From Clostridiaceae bacterium (lineage in GTDB: Bacteria; Bacillota; Clostridia; CAYPLH01; DUMO01), in the NCBI GenBank assembly GCA_012839865.1, contig DUMO01000069.1, forward strand, positions 1-33,660: DNA of 33,660 bases, given 5' to 3'. The position numbers and the translations under genes are program-made. The notes beneath the pieces were generated by a model, which saw only the letters and a program-made list of their open reading frames with translations, made no database searches and was not told the origin of the DNA. How positions within the stretch are numbered: the stretch's first letter is position 1; each line of letters starts with the position of its first letter. Shown here piece after piece: positions 26,742-33,660 of this stretch.

Positions 26742-29063
26742 TTATAAGCTTGAACCATCCTGTTTTTCCTTCCTGTACTTTCCAGGGCTGATACCCATAA
26801 TAGTAGTAAATTTTCGTGTAAAACTGGTCAGGTCCTGGTAGCCTACCTTTTTCATAACATCATATATTTTCATGTCAGTGCAGCTCAATAAGCGGCATGC
26901 CTCAGAAATTCGTTTGCTGGTGAGATAATCAATAAAGTTTACACCTGCATATTCCTTAAACAGCTTGCTCAGAGTTGACGTTGATGTTGAAAAAGTATTT
27001 GCAATATTATATAAGCTAATATTTTCATCCATATAATGCTCGTCGATATACCTGATCATTTGCACAAACATATTATTTTTCTCTGAATAATCCCGGTTTA
27101 CAGTCTTTTTAGCAATTTCATGGCATCTCGTTTTAAGCCTTTCAATATATTCCTCAACAGTGCTGAATTCAATAAGATCTTTTATATCACTGTTCAATGT
27201 TTCAATCTTCATTTCATCAATTAATTGCAATAAAGAAATAGATATGGAAGAAGCAATAAAATGCATATAAGTCGGATTTTCATCGTAAATTTCACTTAAC
27301 ACAACAGATAATTCCTTAAGCGAATCATTAATAAGGAAAAAATCTCCCTGTCTGACAGCTTGCACTAATCGGAGTTGTGCTTCACTGGGTCTCCAAACAT
27401 CAGGATACCTGGAACTGTACGTTTTGATATTTTCAAAAAGATATACACCGGGTTTTGCCGTATCAGACATGTTTATAGCTGCGATACTTTCTGAAAGTGA
27501 CCGATTCAACAGCGACAGTTTACCATAAGCAATACCTACTCCTACAACAGGAGAAACCTGCAGAATTTCTTCAGCCATACGATATATATCTTCAGCAATT
27601 TTTTTCCGGTCTTTGGAGTCCTGTACATTTATAAAGACTGCAAAGTATCCCCCTGATATTATACCCATACCATAATATAACCCATTACCTATATTCCGTA
27701 CTGATGAAACCAATTCATCAGATTCATTAGGCAGCAGACCCCGTGAAATTTTCAATGAAATGATAGCATATTGCGGTCCGGCAATCGAGATACCTGCATC
27801 TGCCAAACGCTTTTTTAACTCTTCTTCATAATCCCTGTTATTATGGCTTGTTTCCGATAAATCATTACCAGTATAAACAACATTTCTCAATACAGATTGA
27901 TCTATCCAAAGTTTGCTCATATCCAACTTTTTAAGAAGCATCTCTCTGTCATAAATCATCTTTTTCGTAGTATTGTATATGGACTGCAACTCATCCTGAC
28001 GTGCAGAATTATCCTGGCCCAATATTTGAGTCAGCCTGTAAATTGGCATATAGTTCTTAAAAGCAAAATATAAACCTATTAATGTACATACAATAAATAC
28101 AATGGTACCTACGAACAATATCTTTAAATTTGATTTAAAAAAATAAAATGTAAATTGGTCATGAGGAAATAAAGTAATATATTTCCATTGATTTATTTTG
28201 GAAGAATACATAATTACGGAATAGTAAGTCTTATTGTATTTTAGTACCATTTTTCCGTCAGGAATCCCCGAAAATTCATATGAGGACAATTCGTCAAGTC
28301 CGCCTGGGTGTCCATTGGCTTTAAATATCTGAAAAATCAATTCATCCTTAGGTATCGATGCACCATTTTCATTGGAAAACAGTGTTTGAAAATCCGAATC
28401 AAGTATATAAGAAGCTCCTGATATATCGGTACAAACATCAGATAGCTTTTTAATAAAATAATCCTTCTTTACAAGTCCGATAACCGATCCAAGACTGTAG
28501 ACAGTATTCCTGCGCCAGGGATAAAAAAGCATTATAAATTGAGTTCCGCTCCGGTCTATAAGGTATGAACCCGGAGGAGTATTGGTATATATCTCAGGAT
28601 TCTTCATCAGTGACTCAAGATTTGATGCATCCCAATTCTCAGAAAATGTAAATTTGTAATTGGTAAATGTGTCATAAGAAAACTCACCCTGGTTGGAATA
28701 TAAATTACTTTGAGAAAAAAAATGAATAATTAAAGTATCAATGAACTCAATCCTGGATTTATGGCTTGCTATACGGTCTATAAGCTCCCTCTTGTTTTCT
28801 TTTTGAGAAAACTCAAAGGGAGTCAAATAGTTGTCATAAATCATTGAATTGGCTATTGCTCCAAATTCCGAAATTCTTAAGTCAATTGTTTCCATGGCCT
28901 GTTCCAGCTTAAAGCTTTGGGTTCTCTCCATTTCAGCAATAAATTGATTTGTAAGGAATACATAATAAACAACAAGCAAAATTAACACACATATTGCAAT
29001 CAGGCAAATATAGTAACCCACGTAACGCTTTAACACACTGGATTTGAAAAGGGAAGCAATCAT
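26742..29063 (-). CDS. Membrane-anchored AraC-family sensor-regulator (TM-sensor-TM-AraC HTH)
   Basis: Two TM segments; C-terminal YIDEHY..ISL..IA....S.S.LSKLFKE..G.NF.DYL...RI..A..LL...KVGY.D..SF.R.F....G.SPG.YR. Confidence 0.9.
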   Translation of the reverse strand: MIASLFKSSVLKRYVGYYICLIAICVLILLVVYYVFLTNQFIAEMERTQSFKLEQAMETIDLRISEFGAIANSMIYDNYLTPFEFSQKENKRELIDRIASHKSRIEFIDTLIIHFFSQSNLYSNQGEFSYDTFTNYKFTFSENWDASNLESLMKNPEIYTNTPPGSYLIDRSGTQFIMLFYPWRRNTVYSLGSVIGLVKKDYFIKKLSDVCTDISGASYILDSDFQTLFSNENGASIPKDELIFQIFKANGHPGGLDELSSYEFSGIPDGKMVLKYNKTYYSVIMYSSKINQWKYITLFPHDQFTFYFFKSNLKILFVGTIVFIVCTLIGLYFAFKNYMPIYRLTQILGQDNSARQDELQSIYNTTKKMIYDREMLLKKLDMSKLWIDQSVLRNVVYTGNDLSETSHNNRDYEEELKKRLADAGISIAGPQYAIISLKISRGLLPNESDELVSSVRNIGNGLYYGMGIISGGYFAVFINVQDSKDRKKIAEDIYRMAEEILQVSPVVGVGIAYGKLSLLNRSLSESIAAINMSDTAKPGVYLFENIKTYSSRYPDVWRPSEAQLRLVQAVRQGDFFLINDSLKELSVVLSEIYDENPTYMHFIASSISISLLQLIDEMKIETLNSDIKDLIEFSTVEEYIERLKTRCHEIAKKTVNRDYSEKNNMFVQMIRYIDEHYMDENISLYNIANTFSTSTSTLSKLFKEYAGVNFIDYLTSKRISEACRLLSCTDMKIYDVMKKVGYQDLTSFTRKFTTIMGISPGKYRKEKQDGSSL

Positions 29064-29138
29064 ATTTATGTGCCTTTCTAAACATTATGGCTTATTTAAA
29101 TTATACATTTCTGTGGTGTTACATTCAAGCATATACAA

Positions 29139-29282
29139 TCAGTTCATAAAGAGCCTCCCTAATGCTGTAAAGTATACCCCATGCTTCACATCCTGCTCTT
29201 CACAGTATTCAAAATGGTGTGTTGCTCTACCACCACGTTTAAAGCTAATCCAGCCCAAATCCAGTATGGGTATCAAAGCCAA
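29139..29282 (-). CDS. Small ORF (47 aa) or 5' stub of an unidentified gene
   Basis: GAGGGGG RBS then TTG; MALIPILDLGWISFKRGGRATHHFEYCEEQDVKHGVYFTALGRLFMN*. Confidence 0.3.
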   Translation of the reverse strand: MALIPILDLGWISFKRGGRATHHFEYCEEQDVKHGVYFTALGRLFMN

Positions 29283-29305
29283 AGGTCCCCCTCATTTTAA
29301 ATCTC

Positions 29306-31690
29306 TTATTTTTTTGCTGCTCTCGAAAATATAATCTCCATAACTCTTGCATGGCAGCAGGCTTTTATATCGTTTATGGTTTGCTGAAACAATTCCGCCA
29401 ACTTTTCATCCGTGTTAATAACAACTTTCTCAATCTCTGCCTTCATTGACAAAGCGTTTTCGGTTTTATATTTTCTTGCTTCAAAGATACTTTCCTTCAA
29501 CTTTTCACCAAAACGGATTATTTCATTATCAACAGTTGCTTCAGCTTCCCAGCACAACTTGTGCAATGAAATTATTTTCTCATGCTGCCTGAAAAAAAGC
29601 TGGTAAATGTATTCTGTTATGTGGGGTACATAAATGGCATACAGCTTCAGCACATTAAGCATGCAATAATACAATGCATGCTGGGCCGACCGGCGCTGTC
29701 TTGCCCCATGAATCTCGGGCTTATACAAGCGTTCTTTGACAATTTCAAGATAATAATCACAAAAATCCTTCCAGAAAAAATCATCTATTTTATGCCGAGC
29801 CAGTCCTATTTCATATTGATTAAGCAAGCTGCGGGCATCAGCAACAGTCTGCCTGCAACGTTCAATTATCCATCGGTCTGCAGGCATTAATTCGATATCC
29901 TCATCTGTTTCAAAATCCTGCAAGTGATCCAGCACAAACCTGGATGCATTCCATAACTTTGTTATAAATCTTTTGGATGTATCCAGCTCATCAATCGAGA
30001 AGAATGTGTCCGTCCCGAGCCTTGCATTGGCAGCCCAATACCTTAAAGCATCAGCAGAATGGTTCTCTATAAGTGCCTTGGGCGATAACTCGGAATTCCC
30101 CTTCGACTTGCTGAATTTCTCCCCTTTTTTTGCAAGAACAAAACCGCAAACCATTATATCCTTCCAGGGTATTTGGCCTGTATGATACAGGCTTTTAACT
30201 ATTGTATAAAAGGCCCAGGTGCGTATAATCTCATGAGCCTGCGTCCTTAAGCTCATTGGCAAAAGCCTGTCTGATAAGTCATTTTCCTCGCCCCATTTCA
30301 CATTTATCAGAGGTGTGACTGAAGATGTAGCCCATGTGTCTAATACCGAACTCTCAGGTACAAATTCATTACATCCACAGGAGCAAGGTTCCCCGGGCAT
30401 TGTCTCAAGGGGGTTTACAGGCAGCTTGTTCTCAGACGCAGTTATAACCTTCCCGCATTTCCTGCAATACCATACCGGAAAAGGAACGCCAAAAAAGCGC
30501 TGGCGGGATATGCACCAATCCCATTTAAGATTTTCAACCCATGATACATACCGGTTTTTCATGCTTTCCGGATACCAATTGATTTTATCGGCTGCTTTTA
30601 AAAACATCTCTTTATTGGAAAGAATATCTATATACCATTGCCTTGAAGGTATTATCTCAATCTCCCTGCCGCAGCGTTCATGCACTGCAACGGTATGCGT
30701 TATGGTTTTGGCTTCCTGCAAAAGTCCATTTTCATATAGCAGTTTGATTATCAGTCTCCTGGCTTCTGTAACCTTCAATCCTCCAATCAGCGGAACATTT
30801 TTATCTATCATACCATCGGGCAGAATGACTTTTCTGTAAGGCAGTTTATATGTGTTATACCATTCAGCATCGGTGCTGTCACCAAAGGTTGCGCACATAA
30901 CAACTCCTGTTCCTTTGGTGATATCAACTTTGCTGTCTGTTAATATGGGTATTTTATAATTGTACAAAGGAACTGCGGCACTCTTGCCGATATAATACCT
31001 GTACCTGTCATCTTCCGGATTAACAAAAAGGCAAACACAGCCATAAAGCAGTTCGGGTCTTGTTGTAGCAACAATTAATTCTTCTTCGCCTGTTTTAAAC
31101 CTGATATAATTGAAAGTCGTTTCTTTTCCAATTAATTCCAAATCCGCCTGGGCTATTGAAGTCTGGCATTCGGTACACCACAAAACAGGTGAATCCTTCA
31201 TGTATGCTTTCCCATCCTTATACAACCTGATAAAGGACTTTTGCGAAATTCTTTGTACCGTTGGGCTGATGGTCTCATATTGAAGAGACCAGTCAACCGA
31301 GAAGCCCAAAGACTGCCATAAATCTTTAAATTCCTTTTCGTATTTTGCGACAGTTGCAATACATTTCCTGCTGAACTCGCTTCTCTTTAGGTCTTTGGCA
31401 TTGATACCCTCTTCCTTTTCTACAAGTCTTTCTGTAGGCAAACCATTATCGTCGAAGCCAAAGGGATAAAAAACATTATATCCTTGCATGCGTCTAAAGC
31501 GGGCGATTATTTCTGCCTGTGTATAGGAAAATACATGCCCGATGTGCAGGCTGCCGCTGACAGTCGGTGGCGGTGTGTCAATAGGATAGATTTCGCTTTT
31601 GTTCTCCGGATCAAAGCGATAAATGGAATTGTCTTTCCAAAACCTTTGCATCTCTTTTTCTACTTGCTTAGAGTCATACTTTTTCTGCAT
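29306..31690 (-). CDS. valS: Valine--tRNA ligase, short type lacking the C-terminal coiled-coil arm
   Basis: IDTPPPTVSGSLHIGH, PFGFDDNGLPTER, VATTRPE, DWCISRQR, KFSKS; AAGGAGG RBS before the ATG at 31690; Val T-box upstream. Confidence 0.93.
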   Translation of the reverse strand: MQKKYDSKQVEKEMQRFWKDNSIYRFDPENKSEIYPIDTPPPTVSGSLHIGHVFSYTQAEIIARFRRMQGYNVFYPFGFDDNGLPTERLVEKEEGINAKDLKRSEFSRKCIATVAKYEKEFKDLWQSLGFSVDWSLQYETISPTVQRISQKSFIRLYKDGKAYMKDSPVLWCTECQTSIAQADLELIGKETTFNYIRFKTGEEELIVATTRPELLYGCVCLFVNPEDDRYRYYIGKSAAVPLYNYKIPILTDSKVDITKGTGVVMCATFGDSTDAEWYNTYKLPYRKVILPDGMIDKNVPLIGGLKVTEARRLIIKLLYENGLLQEAKTITHTVAVHERCGREIEIIPSRQWYIDILSNKEMFLKAADKINWYPESMKNRYVSWVENLKWDWCISRQRFFGVPFPVWYCRKCGKVITASENKLPVNPLETMPGEPCSCGCNEFVPESSVLDTWATSSVTPLINVKWGEENDLSDRLLPMSLRTQAHEIIRTWAFYTIVKSLYHTGQIPWKDIMVCGFVLAKKGEKFSKSKGNSELSPKALIENHSADALRYWAANARLGTDTFFSIDELDTSKRFITKLWNASRFVLDHLQDFETDEDIELMPADRWIIERCRQTVADARSLLNQYEIGLARHKIDDFFWKDFCDYYLEIVKERLYKPEIHGARQRRSAQHALYYCMLNVLKLYAIYVPHITEYIYQLFFRQHEKIISLHKLCWEAEATVDNEIIRFGEKLKESIFEARKYKTENALSMKAEIEKVVINTDEKLAELFQQTINDIKACCHARVMEIIFSRAAKK

Positions 31691-31719
31691 GGCAATACCT
31701 CCTTGATTTTTCGAACACA

Positions 31720-32036
31720 AAACAAAAAGGTCCGTCCCAAGCTTTCCTGTAAATGCTTAGGACGAACCGAAACGTTCCGCGGTACCACCTAAATTCAGAT
31801 ATGACTATCTGCACTTTGCCAATACGGGATAAAGCTATAAGTTATCCGATATTGCTTTCCTTTTAACGGTGGAAATTTCCGTTGAAGCCTACTTGGATAC
31901 AGCCCTTTCGGTTCACAGCTCAAAGGCTACTTCCATACTCCCTTCACGAAGATTTTCACCATCCATCTTCTCTCTATGCTTCAGGCGAGCATGTACTCCT
32001 CCTTGTCAACGCCATTTTGCTTGTGTTCGTAATGTT
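31720..32036 (-). ncRNA. T-box riboswitch leader, Val specifier (GUA)
   Basis: T-box AATTTAGGTGGTACCGCGG (31795-31777); stem I AG box and GGTG..AA loop; specifier GGAA-GTA-GCC (GTA at 31930-31928); terminator CGTCCTAAGC/GCTTGGGACG plus T-tract. Confidence 0.9.
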
Positions 32037-32042
32037 TTCTTT

Positions 32043-32071
32043 ATACTAATTCATTATACTCAAAAAGTCAA
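32043..32071 (-). promoter_or_regulatory. SigA-type promoter TTGACT-N17-TAGTAT for the T-box/valS leader
   Basis: -35 at 32071-32066, -10 at 32048-32043. Confidence 0.5.
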
Positions 32072-32102
32072 CATTTATGTTCCGGATTTTGGGTAAGCTG
32101 CC

Positions 32103-32256
32103 TTACCGGCCTTGCTTCAAGCATTCTGGACATTTTGGGCTTGTATATTGTGGATTAACATCAGATATAATTTTGAATATTTCTTCCACTGTTTCTGACA
32201 CAGTCAAACTTGTCACTACCTGTTCTCGGGCAAAAACTTACCTTAAAATTTGCCAT
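32103..32256 (-). pseudogene. Possible frameshifted small Cys-motif (zinc-ribbon-like) ORF
   Basis: MANFKVSFCP / frameshift / EQVVTSLTVSETVEEIFKIISDVNPQYTSPKCPECLKQGR*; no clear RBS. Confidence 0.25.
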
Positions 32257-32359
32257 TAATATATTTATATATGCATATTTTACTTGTTCTCATAATGTTA
32301 ATTATACCATTATATGCAAAAATGCAAACCTTAAGGGTTGACAAATTACATCAATTTCA

Positions 32360-32388
32360 TTGACTCGATCTACATGGAGGTGTATAGT
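32360..32388 (+). promoter_or_regulatory. SigA-type promoter TTGACT-N17-TATAGT for vanZ
   Basis: -35 at 32360-32365, -10 at 32383-32388, AAGGAG RBS downstream. Confidence 0.6.
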
Positions 32389-32420
32389 GAAGGTGTTAAG
32401 GGTTTTGCAAAGGAGTAACC

Positions 32421-32939
32421 ATGCGTAATAGTCTAGGAATCACTATCGATTTTGCAGTACTTGCTATATTATATGCAACTGTTTTTTTCAATAAATGGAA
32501 AACAAGCAATAAAGCCAAGTTTGTTGTTAATACACTCATGTACATCTATATATCCTTAGTTTTATTCGTAACATTAATGCCGATAGTCGTCTCACTACCA
32601 TTTATTTTTAATCATCCGTATCATTCGGTGAATCTGATACCTTTTGATGATTATTTTTCAGGCAGGGGTGATGCAGTTCGTCAGATTATACTTAATGTGA
32701 TCATGATGATGCCATTTGGGTTTTTGCTACCTTTGGTAAAAAAGCAGAACTTACTGTCTTGCTTATTTTGGACATCTTTATTTAGTTTGGGAATTGAACT
32801 AACCCAACCTCTGATTAATGGTTTTCGTGCAGCAGATATTACAGATCTTATCACAAATGTTACAGGGGGGCTTTTGGGATATTTATTATATATAGTATTT
32901 AAACCGTTAATTAAAAAAATCATTTCACACTTTGAATAA
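32421..32939 (+). CDS. VanZ family membrane protein
   Basis: NLIPF, ILNVIMMMPFGFLLP, SLGIELTQ, RAADITDLITNVTGG. Confidence 0.9.
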   Translation: MRNSLGITIDFAVLAILYATVFFNKWKTSNKAKFVVNTLMYIYISLVLFVTLMPIVVSLPFIFNHPYHSVNLIPFDDYFSGRGDAVRQIILNVIMMMPFGFLLPLVKKQNLLSCLFWTSLFSLGIELTQPLINGFRAADITDLITNVTGGLLGYLLYIVFKPLIKKIISHFE

Positions 32940-32943
32940 AGCC

Positions 32944-33030
32944 GTACGCCTGCCGAACCTTTTCTTCGGCCTGTTACTCATTTTCCGCCTCGATTTCAAC
33001 TGTCATGCAAAGGGTTTCCTTGATTTTCAC
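32944..33030 (-). pseudogene. DpnD/PcfM-family fragment with an internal stop
   Basis: Hand translation VKIKETLCMTVEIEAENE*QAEEKVRQAY resembles I.ETL...VEVEAE....A..KV...Y. Confidence 0.55.
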
Positions 33031-33034
33031 TTGA

Positions 33035-33124
33035 AACCAGCAAGAAACTGTGATGAATAAGGCGGTCTATGATGGCGCTGGTCATCTTTTTATCGATAAG
33101 GTTTTCTTTGTTTTGGATAAACTC
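33035..33124 (-). mobile_element. istB: IS21-family IstB ATPase C-terminal fragment
   Basis: Hand translation EFIQNKENLIDKKMTSAIIDRLIHHSFLLV contains the IstB signature D..MT.AI.DRL.HH. Confidence 0.7.
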
Positions 33125-33140
33125 CACTGCCTTAAGGCTT

Positions 33141-33314
33141 CTAATTTCTTAGAAGATAATCTGCATCCATTGTTGGCCCTGAAGCAAACCCACTGATTGA
33201 ATATAACAGATAACCGCCTTTAAGTATAACTTTGTCTTTAAAAGCACTTACTGAAAGCCTTCGTATAACTCCTCCTGGCAAAATAAATATAAAAGCTGTT
33301 GTTAATGGAATGTT
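33141..33314 (-). pseudogene. AbiEii/AbiGii-type nucleotidyltransferase toxin N-terminal fragment, frameshifted
   Basis: NIPL/QQLLYLFCQEE/IRRLSVSAFKDKVILKGGYLLYSISGFASGPTMDADYLLRN*; LKGG and R/P-T-x-D-x-D motifs; two 1-nt frameshifts. Confidence 0.75.
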
Positions 33315-33433
33315 CTGACAATATCTTCGGTTTGTTCTTTATTTAACAAACGGTAGAAGACATAATTGTACACTTTACTGAAGTACATTTCATAGATCAT
33401 TTCCAGGTTAGTAAAACCAGAAGCTTCGTTCAT
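33302..33433 (-). pseudogene. ECF sigma factor 5' stub (region 2 start only)
   Basis: GGGGTGG RBS; MNEASGFTNLEMIYEMYFSKVYNYVFYRLLNKEQTEDIV then breaks off. Confidence 0.75.
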
Positions 33434-33660
33434 GTATCTACCACCCCATATAATTTGCCGATCGCCCATAAAAAGAACGACAAATATACATCTGGCAATG
33501 ATTCTAGTAAATATGGCCAATAATGCATATTGCACTTTGGTACAATAGACAGACTTTTCCGACATAAAACAACCTGAAGATGTGTTTTCGAATTTAGTCC
33601 AGTTCTGCATTCATAGTTTTCCAAATTGCCATTGGATGCTGTTTTATATTCTCCAATATA

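Noticed and set aside
491..33624. Numerous 60-175 aa ORFs antisense to or nested in the main genes
   Set aside because: Shadow ORFs of well-supported genes, with no RBS or motifs
1..33660. CRISPR array, tRNA, rRNA, intact transposase or integrase
   Set aside because: No regularly spaced repeats, cloverleaf or rRNA signatures, or full-length DDE/tyrosine/serine recombinase ORFs were seen

Overview
Chromosomal accessory region from a low-GC, spore-forming Clostridia-type bacterium (SLH protein, gerKA-KC-KB operon, T-box riboswitch, GGAGG RBSs). From left to right: an SLH surface protein; a 5.2-kb co-oriented minus-strand run of unrelated accessory genes (Imm5-like, HEXXH protein, alpha/beta hydrolase, 2H phosphoesterase, O-methyltransferase, truncated HAD, ANT(2'')/Lnu-like nucleotidyltransferase), headed by a promoter, a LexA-like box, a 13-bp direct repeat and a structured leader; LysE; a divergent M20 amidohydrolase; a PHP-RpiR-NagD operon; an AlkZ-related gene; a germinant-receptor operon; three redox enzymes; an AraC / ABC sugar-uptake / Asp-box hydrolase locus broken by an internal deletion; a T-box(Val)-controlled short-type ValRS with a KFSKS motif; and VanZ. 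The window also holds at least nine gene stubs: HAD, DUF234, GlyRS C-terminus, VOC, ABC permease, ECF sigma, AbiEii, IstB and DpnD. This points to deletion-driven decay or chimeric assembly. I saw no CRISPR array, rRNA, tRNA or intact transposase/integrase. All family calls come from motif recognition by eye, not database searches.
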